Assembly: GCA_002269645.1 (NCBI GenBank)
Contig: NIVC01005163.1
Location: 1-24,128, forward strand
Reading direction: 5' to 3'
Source: Macrostomum lignano
Lineage: Eukaryota
Length of the DNA stretch: 24,128 nt
Below the pieces are notes generated by a model, which worked only from the letters and a program-made list of their open reading frames with translations, ran no database searches and was not told where the DNA came from. Positions within the stretch are counted from its first letter, which is position 1. Each line of letters begins with the position of its first letter. The position numbers and the translations under genes were made by a program. This document shows, in pieces, positions 1-10,084 of the stretch.

Positions 1-411
1 ATTTGTTTAAATGTTTGCGTCGAATTGGTCCTCGTACGGAGTCCAGATCCAGTGCCTGAAAGCGCGCGCAAATTTAACTAGGTGACTATGAGCTTAGAAT
101 TCCCTAGATAGCCACTTTGCATTGCGGCAGTAGGGAAAGTGCGACGCTGTTTTTGTCACTTGTGCGAAAAAGCCGGACATGGGTGCTTACATTTGAGTTC
201 AGTAGCTTAGGGACATAGACGCTAATTTTTAGATTTGAGTAAAACTTCTCATGAATTAATTAAAAAAAGCTACTCAATTGAACTAAGAATTATGAATTAA
301 CATGAATTCACTGCAGGGACTACTGACGAAATTGAGTTCAGTAGTTTATTTTCGCGCTGTCGCGAGATTAGGGGTGTTCGGGTCGGCCATTTTTTCGGGG
401 TTCGGGTTTAC

Positions 412-525
412 CCCGAACCCGTACCCCTACCCCGAACCCCGAACCCCGTCCCGAAACATTTCTTCCAACCCCGAACCCCGAACCCGGTACAAAACCCGAC
501 CGACCCCCGAACGTAACCCCGAACA
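412..525 (+). repeat. Left subterminal (CCCGAAC)n array of the hAT element
   Basis: Degenerate CCCCGAAC/CCCGAC repeats; explains the spurious P/E/N-rich ORF 302-640. Confidence 0.85.
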
Positions 526-1475
526 TTTTCAACGCTTATTTTGGTCAATCATTTTAATAAATTCAGTTTTCAGTTTTGAATTTCAGTTTCAAATTCAGTT
601 TTATATATTGAGATGTGCCTTAACAGCTTCAACCACTTAGCCTTGTGTTTTATTTCCCTTAGCTACTCTACAACTAGGAAAAGAAATATGAAACACTTCT
701 TGCAATGGGATTGGGGTTGAGATGGAAGGAATACCAAGACCCAAGATCTAATAGTAAGATACATGAAAGGTCACAACTAAAATCAGGACCATTTCGTACC
801 TATACTTACAACGAAATTGCTTTCTTAGTAATATTACATCTATGAGTTTAGGCCTATTTAAGCTGCAAAATAGAGTACAATAAAGTTAGATTATACCCTG
901 TAGTGTAGATATCAGTAGAGATAGAACTAGAGCGATAAAGAGATAGCACAGATAAAACAATGATACAATGAAACAGGAGAGTTAATCACAAATATATATT
1001 TATTTTTACTTTTGACTACAGTTAACAGTAAGTCAGTAGTGGTATAACAGAATTGCTTTGTAAAAACTAAAGTGACGTCTTTACATAAAATTGTATGCTG
1101 ATATGAGTAGGTAATCATTGTGATAATTGATTATTGGCGACTGATGCGTGGAGAATAATGGTGTATTTATAAATTTTAAGCTTCCTCATCCAATCCAGAA
1201 TTTCAGACCATGTTACACGTAGCACATGTAAAATTATTACTGAACGTAATTTTTTAAATCATCAACTGCAAGACTGAATGGGTCGAAAAACGACAATCGT
1301 TATTTACCAGAAAGTGTAAATGAATCCATGGTTCTATCTGCTATTTCCGTTTCAAATTGTATGTAAAACATAACTTAAGTTGTACCTGAAACTCAATGCA
1401 TATCTTTCGCATTGTGGATTTTGCATAAGGAGTAAAAAGTGCTTGAAAATACTATTGAGAATGATAAATTGTTCA

Positions 1476-1636
1476 AAACCCCGAAAACCCCGAAAACCCG
1501 GTGGCCAAACCCGACCCGAACCCCGAACCCGGTACCCCTACCCCGAACCCCGAACCCGACCCGGAACACCTACCCCGAACCCCGAACCCGGTACCAAAAC
1601 CCGACCCGAAACCCGACCCGACCCCGAACCCCGAAC
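1476..1636 (+). repeat. Right subterminal (CCCGAAC)n array of the hAT element
   Basis: Same repeats and shared block (GTACCCCTACCCCGAACCCCGAACCC...GGTAC(C)AAAACCCGAC) as at 412-525; explains ORFs 1380-1735. Confidence 0.85.
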
Positions 1637-2209
1637 ACCCCTACGCGAGATGCAAAATTTTTTACATTAGCTTCTACATGTCTACAAGAGGTTAATGAGT
1701 GGCCTATCTTGTATATATATGATCTTTGGGTTTGACTCACTGTCGATCGAGGCTGTTGCCAGCTTTAGCGATGTCGAGGTCGATGCGTTAATTGATTAAT
1801 AATGACTTAGCTCGTCATTTCATTGTTCAAAGAACAGAAGGAACAATAGGATCTATCTGGCCCATACATCATGAGAGTCGTGTCTTTTGATTTGAAATCT
1901 TACTTGATACATGTATATATATCTTTAATTTACTTTGCTACTGTTTTACATAACTATTCATTACTGATGAAAATGTTCTTGGAAATATCAAGTAACAGTG
2001 TATTAATACTATTAAGTTATTAAGCCGAGCGAAGGAAAGGGGAATTACGGAATAAAGAAACGAAAAGAAACGCGGCAGAAATTCTTGACCTGAGGGATCA
2101 ACTCACATGATGGAGCGACTGACCGAGGGCCTGGTCTAATGACTATCCTGGAGAGCGGCTCACTTTAAACGGCAGCATTGGCTGCTCCACCACCGGCCGG
2201 TTGCATCTG

Positions 2210-2360
2210 TGCAACAACAACAACAGCAACAACAACAACGACAACAACAAAATAGGCGACCCTATTTTGTAAGCCCTCGGCCCGGATCACGTAGCCCGTC
2301 AGTTGTAGTCGCCGCCACGGTGCAGGATGTGTGGACGGGCGCTGCAGCTCGTCAGCAACT
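2210..2360 (-). mobile_element. Degenerate 3' fragment of an RTE-like LINE with adjoining (GTT)n tract
   Basis: Minus-strand translation RPS...WRRLQLTGYVIRAE matches RPSDLSRHRRLQLAGHIIRAE of the LINE at 17881-18642; followed on the minus strand by a (GTT)n tract (plus-strand CAA repeats, about 2210-2250). Confidence 0.55.
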
Positions 2361-2974
2361 GTACATTTGCAGATAAAAGTATACATAAGAGCTTGATGTA
2401 GTAAATTAAGTATTGCTTTGGTTGCTATCCGAACCAAATTAAAAGGGAGGGGGTAAATCAATCGTATTTATTGAAAGAGACAATGATTAACCTTGTGCTT
2501 GCCGTAGAATTAAATGCAATCCAAAGCACATGATCTACACGACATTTTCAAATCGACCCGCAATCGCATATGACAAGAAAATCGGCAAATTTTAGTTTTA
2601 ATTGTGACGCAGCAACTGCCATAGTATTTTTATCAATTTTTGGTACCTGATATTAAACCCCATGCAAGCAGAGAAAACGCAGGGACTACACTGAATACTA
2701 AATAAGAGTATAGTTTATTTGGTAAAACTTTTCAGCGCAGGTACTAAATTATAATTCGGTTGAATTGTTCACCAAACATGCATGTAACAAACATACGAAG
2801 TCAAAAGTGTTGGCTTGGTCCTCCCCGAGAAAAATTTAGTAGGGAGCCCGAGCAACAGAAAATATTTTTTAGTTTGATCTTTTGTCATTATATTGCTTTA
2901 AAAGAGCTTCAACTGTTAAAGTTCAAAATGCAGTTCTAATCATTATATTTCTTCATGTGCTATTGAAGTTCAGA

Positions 2975-3465
2975 AGCGGAGAGAGGAGAGAGGAGAGAGA
3001 GGAGCTGTGAGAGAAGAGTGAAAAGAGAAGAGAGGAGAGAGAAGAGGGGAGAGAGAAGAGGGGAAAAGGGAAGAGAGAAGAGAGGAGAGAGGAGAGAGAG
3101 GAGCTGTGAGAGGAGAGGGAAAAGAGAAGAGAGGAGAGAGAAGAGGGGAGAGAGAAGAGGGGAAAAGGGAAGAGAGAAGAGAGGAGAGAGGAGAGAGAGG
3201 AGCTGTGAGAGGAGAGGGAAAAGAGAAGAGAGGAGAGAGAAGAGGGGAGAGAGAAGAGGGAAAAGGGAAGAGAGAAGAGAGGAGAGAGGAGAGAGAGGAG
3301 CTGTGAGAGGAGAGGGAAAAGAGAAGAGAGAAAAGAGAAGAGAGAAGAGAGGAGAGAGGAGAGAAAATAAAGATAATAGAGGAGAGAGAGAGAGGAGAGA
3401 AGAGAGGAGAGAAAAGAGAGGATAGAAAAGAAGAGAGGAGAGAGAAAAGGGAAGAGGAGAGAGGA
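2975..3465. repeat. Polypurine (GA-rich) tract with a ~99-bp higher-order repeat
   Basis: Almost pure G/A; marker GAGCTGTGAG recurs at 3002, 3101, 3200 and 3298 (periods 99, 99, 98). Confidence 0.9.
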
Positions 3466-4015
3466 GCAGCTCTATGGAGCTGGCGCGCGTACAACTTGCC
3501 TTCTGCTAAAATTGCTCAGTATATCCATCGAATAGACTTAATTATCTTGAGTATCTCTCAGCTTATTAAACATACTTGCATCATCAGCAGTTTCAGCGCT
3601 TCAGACAGCCACTAGACAATGTTTGTCCACTCGTCAATAGAGGCCCCGAAATCAATGAAAGTCCCATTGTCAACAATGGAACTCCTGCTGTTGTGTATTT
3701 CTGAGTTCATACAATTGCATTCCTACATGCATTCAATGATAGAGGAAGCCGAATCATCAGAAACCATTGGGAAGCCGGCGAATAGCCTGGTCAAGAAGAG
3801 TCTACTCTGTTTGTCAAGTGATATACTCGTGACAGTTTTTCTCCTCTGTCTTATGTTATACTCTCGTACTAAATGCGTAAGCTTCATCTGTAGACAGCCA
3901 ACATCAGGCTGAAGAGTGCTAGCTAGAAATCAAATAAGTGAAGAGTTGAAGAGTCTGTGAATATCTATAATATGCTGACAAACATATCGATGCATCATGC
4001 TAGATTAGTTCCGCA

Positions 4016-5316
4016 ATGGCCGGGTGCATCTGTCTGCTGCTGGTCTTCTGCGGCGCAGTGACTGCCTGCCAGGATTGCACTGCCTTGTTTGAGCGACTGC
4101 ACAGCAACTGTCCCAACGAACTATTTGAAGCCAAGTTTGCGGTTGCACCATGCGAACTTGAGTGCGTACTTCGTTGCACTCTGAACAGTTCGTGTCTACT
4201 GTCTGTGTACAAGAAAGACAGCGCTGAATGCTACAGCCTTGCCGAAGAAATATCAACTGGCGAATGCACATCCGGTACGATTGTGAGGCGAAAGCTTGCT
4301 GCGGCACCAACGCCAGCTGCCCTATCTGTGCCGTTTGCTTCGAAAATTGTGCTGTTCTACAATTTCAAAAAAGGCTACCAAAACCTCGCCGATCCGGCTA
4401 GAAACCCGGCTGAGCCAGTCAACATCCTGGAGCAAAGTCCGACCAATGGACTTTTACTAAAGAACTCTACGAGCTCGTTTGTAAGAGTCTCAACGCCTGG
4501 ATTCTATCGCTACTTCATCTACGGGCAGAAGTTCAGCTTCTTCTTTCAAGGAAAATTCGCAATGAGTTTCGTGTAGGTTTCGAAAATTTTGTTTATAATG
4601 AACTTTACAATGGCCAATTATATAGTTAGAAGACGTGTTAAGGCCTGAAACGCATTGCAAAAGTCAAATGCATTGCCGGATATTTTTATGATTGTTAAAA
4701 TGTTATAGTATGAATTTTTAAGTTACAGTTTGGAATTGCTTCATAGCCGTTTGCGATAAGTACCAAGAGAACTTGATTTAGATCACTCTCGATTTACATG
4801 TATAGTATAAAGTCAGTTTGTGCGCGATTAAAACCTCTATGCGACGAATAGAGTTCCATTTAAAGATCGTATGTATTTAATTTCCAAAACTTCAGCGAAA
4901 AGTGCATCAGCTCATTCACCGACGGCAGCGTGAACGCCAGTCCAATCTATATCAGATCCGATGGGGCCCTGGTTGTTGACACGTACTTTCCAAACGGAAC
5001 CGTCCATCACAAGTCCTGGATAAGTGCCGTTCCACTTGTATCAAGTCCTACTCACCAGCTGGTCACCTTTGGAATCAACTTTGCTGGGAGTATATATGGT
5101 CAGGCCTACTTCAACGGAGGCTCCTTGAGCTCGATGGGCGGCGGAACCGGCTCTGGAGCTACGACTGTACTGCTGAACATGCACGACATCCTGTTCATTG
5201 GCAACTGTTTGAGCGGAATGGAACCGTTCGACGGCTGGCTGCAGTGCTGGGCTCTGATGAACGACAATATTGATTACGCTGAGTTCGACCAACTGCGCAA
5301 TCTTTGCAACTCTTAA
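4016..5316 (+). CDS. Secreted PAN/Apple + LamG(concanavalin-A)-like domain protein, paralog 1; exons 4016-4572 and 4896-5316; 325 aa
   Basis: Hydrophobic N-terminal signal peptide; PAN-type ECVLRC...C..SVY....C motif; phase-2 intron GT|GTAGGT...TTTCCAAAACTTCAG|C joins GKFAMSFV to EKCISSF in frame; C-terminal LFIG...PFDGWLQCW resembles a LamG-like terminal strand. Same intron position and phase as the paralog. Domain names come from motif recognition, not a database search. Confidence 0.82.
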
Positions 5317-6482
5317 AGTGAAAGCTCTGCATGCACGTCTCATTGGAAAACGTTTAAAAAAAGTTTTAAAACGTTTGAAAACATCAAGATACTCTCTGCA
5401 TTTGACAAACAAAGTTCTCAGTACAAAATCTCCAGCGAACTTAAAGCGATTTCTTATTAGCCTAAAGTCGTTGAAGTTTAGCTGTTCAAAAAGAAGTAAA
5501 ACCCAAAATGTGATTCAGTCAAATAAAAAACTCTTGTAATTTAATGTTCGTAAAGAGCATAAAAATCATTTTTTGTCGCTTTTAATCTTGGATAATTTAC
5601 ATTTGCAGTGAGAGAGTTAGAGACAGTGTTATGTTTTCAGGTTACTTAAAGTCTTCAATTACTTAAGGCATTAATTATTAGTGCTGATATCCTAGCAGAC
5701 GTTTCCGCGGCTCCAAGGTTCTTAGTCTTGCTCTTATTTCTCTTTATTTCACATTCTCACAGCGGGCTTTTAACCCAAGCCTGTTTTGCAGCTTCATTTG
5801 GTCCATAGATAAAACAAAACGCGTCAAACTGCATATGCAATTAAAATAATATCAATATTATAGTCACGTCATATCAGACAGTACTAAAAATAAAAAAGTT
5901 TTAATAAACTACATGTTGGATTTGTTACTGTACAGTCGCTATTGTTAGTGTTCTAAGAAAAATGATGATTAAAACAAAAAATAATCAGCCCTGAAAGCAA
6001 GCTATCTATAGCCTATAAGATATCAGAATCCCCTGTGACCTTTGAACCCTAACTCTTCCTTTGATCTTCCTTTGGTTTCGCCTATAAGCAACTTCCAATT
6101 GACTCTTGGCATCTCAGCAATGCCCCCACGAGTTCGACAGCTAGATACCAAATTCGCATTTGTCACTGATGAAAATATCATGCATCTTTTTTTCAGTTTC
6201 ATATTACTGTGCAATCAGAGTAAGACTCCAAAGTTTGATGAACAAACTTCTCCAAACATTCTAACGTATGTTTAGATTGTTGAGACTGGCTAGAAACAAT
6301 GAAAGAATTGATCCACTGACTCCTGGTTTGTTACTCCATCGCGACACTTCCGAGACGAAAATCTTCTTGCGGGAAGGACAACTTTGGCAAACGGCAAACA
6401 CTGACTTCCTACCGGTTTGGTTTTGCTATCAATATATACATAGCAAAGAAGGCATCGAATTTGGTCAAATTCAAACGAAAAA

Positions 6483-7855
6483 ATGGCATTCTACTTCTTG
6501 TCGGGTTGCTTCTGCAGTGCTTTGCTAATTGTCTGCTGCGGCGCTGCAGGCCCATGCATGGACTGCACCGCCGTGTACGATCTGGTGACCAGCGATTGTC
6601 CCAACGTACCGACTAAAGCTGCGGCATCAGTGGCCGCTCCCAGTAAACCAGAGTGCGTGCTCCGCTGCACTCTGAGTAGCGATTGCCGACTATCCGTGTA
6701 CCTGAGAGACAGCCACACCTGCTACAACCTGCCTGAATTGCCGTCAACGTCAATATCGACGAAATGCGCCTCGGGTATGATTGTCCGTTGCAAGAAAACT
6801 GGTTCAACGACTGTTCTGACAAGCCTAAGCTTTGCGTCGCAGATTGTGATGTTTTACGACTTCAGAAAGAGTTTTAATAACCTGGCTAGTCCATATATGC
6901 CAAAAGCCGAGCCGGTCAATATCCTGCATAAAAACTCGGTTGACGGTGTTCGCTTGGAAGACACAATCGGCTCCTATGTACAAGTGAAGACGCCTGGATT
7001 CTTTCGATACTTTTTCTACGGACAGAAGTTTAGCATCTTCTTTCATGGAAAATTTTCTTCCAACTCAGTGTTAGTAATGTTCGCTTTGTGTTAAAAGATT
7101 ATTATGATTTTTTTTCTTATTGAAATTTATGTTTGGATATATCTACATTCCTTAGATATAGAGGGTTGGAACAAGCTAAAAATATTGAGACTTTTCAGCT
7201 CCTTTCAGCCTCAGCGGCCAATACAGATTAGTGCTGCTGCAGTTAGCACAGTTGATTTACTCGTACCATAGACAGTGTCAGTGGGCTTGAAACCAGTTTC
7301 GAAACTTGGCACTGAATCCATGGACTTTTGGCCATAGACTTTGGACGTTAGACTTTCTGGAGGAAACAGGCGTCGTCGCGATCACGCTTGAACCCACGAG
7401 CACGTTCCCATTTTTTCAGAGACAAGTGCATCAGCAGCTTTACCGACAACCGCACCGGAGCCTATGACAGCCGCATCTTTGCCAGATCGGATGGAGTGCT
7501 GGAGGCCAAGATCTACTTCCCTAACGGTACGGTCGACTACGCATCTTGGTCGAGCGACAGTGTACTTCCACGCGACTCTGTGGAGCGTACGATCACTCTT
7601 GGCGTCAACTTTGAAGGCAACCGATTTGCCGGTCAGGCTTACTTCAATGGTACTGTGCTCAGCACCTCTGTGGACGGATACGGTAGTGGAGGCATGGGTA
7701 AACCCTTGCTAGACATCCATGACTACCTACTGCTGGGACGTTGCAAGAAGAATTTCACGAAACCTTTCAACGGTTGGCTGCGATGCTGGGGCTTTGCGAC
7801 CGGTAACCTCGGCAACAGCCAGTTCGATCAGCTCAGAAGTCTCTGCAATGCTTAA
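6483..7855 (+). CDS. Secreted PAN/Apple + LamG-like domain protein, paralog 2; exons 6483-7069 and 7420-7855; 340 aa
   Basis: Colinear with paralog 1 (ECVLRCTL, AEPVNIL, TPGF.RYF.YGQKFS.FF.GKF, KCISSFTD, YFPNGTV, GQAYFNG, PF.GWL.CW, FDQLR.LCN); phase-2 intron GT|GTTAGT...ATTTTTTCAG|A. Confidence 0.82.
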
Positions 7856-9265
7856 TTGTAGCATCCAAAGACGGATTACAAGTTGAAATGAGCAATATAG
7901 TTTGTTCAGCTACAATACTTTTGTCAGTAGTATGCATGCAGCTTCTGAGAATTTTGAAGCGTTAAATTCCTGGCTGCTAGTTATCTTGGCACAAGGTAAA
8001 TAGATGCATGACAGAACTACTTCGATTACATTTTTAGCATAGCAACAACGCAAATAAAGCGAATAAGCTTCTGCTTTTCACCGGGGCAAATGTGGAGAAC
8101 TCAGCCGCAAAAGTTCTCACGCTTGAGTAAACGAGCTACATGCATAAGCCTATTTTTATTATGTATAACTTTTAATACAATAATTATTTGTGGCATTCAC
8201 ATTTCTCAGGTTTGCAACCGTGAGACTATTGTATAACCGAGGACAGAAGCACTTTTAATAGGAACTCTTTTGATAACCAACAATTCATTACACACTATAC
8301 AAACGTTAAAGCTTCTCAAAGCTTGTCAAAAAGCCATAAATGTGTTTTACTACCATGATTAGATCAAATTAATAATAAATAAGCAAGGACCACTGCACTA
8401 AATAAGTTGACCGTTTCGACCGGAAAAAAAAAACTGTTTTTGTCGTGCTCAACTTCCAAACGCGGGCGTGAAGTTTAGTCTTGCACGGATGCAGGACTAC
8501 CAGTTACATGACCCCAGCTCAGGATGTTGGTGTAAAATATCCTCCTAATTAAATTTTCGAGCACTTAACTTATCGATGTACCTGATCCTCAGATGGTCTA
8601 CTCAACGAGACATTCCATAAATGTACTGGTATACCGGTTTAGACTACTGCTGATTGAGTAGTTCTCATTTACTGTGGGAAGGAAAAGGCAGGGCAATGTT
8701 GAGAAGCAACCAGTGCAAGTCAAGTTCTCTGGAGTATAAAAAATAGTGTAAAGAAATCGCGATTCAGATGAAGACTGCGGTTTAGCCAGGTCTCTTTTGG
8801 AGTAAACAAGCATGATCGACCCTGAGTGACCCTGCAAGGCAGCTCAGAAGAGGCTTGAATAGAAGGATGGAAGCAAGTCATATGAGATAAGGGCTGCCCC
8901 CTACTTCTCAGCGCCTCAAGTAACACAACCCGCATGCATAATTAACAATGGACTGCACAGGTTGAGAGTCTTCAGCCTTGATCGATAGATTAAAGGATGA
9001 GGCTATGAGTTGATTGTTCATTGCTATTTCGCATCGTCGGTGCAAATGTACTTAGCTAAAGTGTTTGTTAGACTCTAATTCGCAGCTGTAGCACATAGTA
9101 CGTAGCTGTCGTAAACCCGTTAAACTTTTTATTAGAGGCAGGGGGCTGCGTGTACCTTGGCGCACTTTAAGCGACATTGTCACACAACCGGTGAGAAGCA
9201 TTGCTGCCCATTCCACCGACTTCCCTGAGCAGGCACACACTCACACAGGAGTGTACTGCGGCCCT

Positions 9266-9423
9266 AACTTTATTTATCGTTAGGCATGTCAGGCATCTTT
9301 AGGCAGACCCGAGAGCCGAGATTCCAATTGAGCCCAAAATCAATGCGACTGCACAGTTGGAATCGAGCCTGGGCCGCTGGCACATCAGAGCGCCGCGCCA
9401 GACCGCTGGGCTACGACCAACCC
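9266..9423 (-). mobile_element. tRNA-derived SINE, family A copy 1
   Basis: Minus strand begins GGGTTGGTCGTAGCCCAGCGG (A-box-like), has GGCTCGATTCC (B-box-like) and ends CATGCCTAACGATAAATAAAGTT. Head and tail are shared with 19174-19348. Confidence 0.7.
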
Positions 9424-10084
9424 GTTAAATTTTATAGTCAAGGATTCAATATGTATATTTCTGCAATAATATACTGATAAATCCTTGATCTTACCCGTAT
9501 GCACTAGTGCAGTAGAAGCATTAGAAGAGAAATAAGAATGAGGCAGATCTACACAGGTAAAGGCAATAAAACTTCAACAACCCATAAGGCCGATCCAGGG
9601 AAAGTGTGCGAACACTATAAATTTCTCTTGTTGCTTCTGAACAGAAGAGAAAACGAGAGAGAAACAGTGGGGGAATGAGAAGTGGGTGGCTTTTAGACAC
9701 GCCCTGCAGCATAGGCGCAGAAGAAGTTAATGATTGGCTGCCCACACGACAGACCATACAGCAGTTCTCTCCTTCCACTGCTCACTCAACAATAAAGTAA
9801 CATTTGCACCGCATAGACCTCACTGCACGCCAGCATATATGCCTATTGCAGCCCCCGCGAGTACACCGAGAGAAATTGGATTCGCTCTCTCAACGCCACT
9901 CACTGCTCGCACAATAGACTGCATGGAATAAAAAATAGAGAATTTCAATACGTACGCTGTGCAATTTGGCATGCTATCTAGAGCTCAGTTCGACTCAAAA
10001 TTCTGCTAGCCACCTGGGTATTTCTACTGCAGATCTTCTTCTTGTTGATCCAATACCTTGTCCCAAATAGCTGTCGCTACACTC

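Larger units (their letters stand above)
369..1643. mobile_element. Non-autonomous hAT-type DNA transposon (MITE-like, 1275 bp)
   Basis: Perfect 14-bp terminal inverted repeats TAGGGGTGTTCGGG (369-382) / CCCGAACACCCCTA (1630-1643); perfect 8-bp target-site duplication CGCGAGAT at 361-368 and 1644-1651; subterminal CCCGAA(C) arrays at both ends; no transposase ORF. An 8-bp TSD with short TIRs is typical of the hAT superfamily. Confidence 0.9.

Noticed and set aside
302-1735. Pro-rich ORFs (PEPRTP / PNPEP)
   Set aside because: Translations of the hAT subterminal CCCGAAC arrays in several frames.
2970-3494. E/R/G/K-rich and S/L/P-rich ORFs
   Set aside because: Translations of the GA polypurine tract.
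3619-3912. 97-aa ORF upstream of paralog 1
   Set aside because: No recognisable motif, splice context or paralogous counterpart.
6042-6528. ORFs 6042-6275 and 6268-6528 as a possible extra gene or upstream exons
   Set aside because: No consistent splice model or domain. Paralog 2 already has its own signal-peptide start at 6483 in another frame. A decayed gene cannot be excluded.
9380-9400. Hammerhead ribozyme core in SINE A (CTGATG on the minus strand)
   Set aside because: Reads CTGATGT rather than CTGATGA, and no properly placed GAAA core was found; other CTGATGA hits (about 1964 and 6166) lack the flanking stems.
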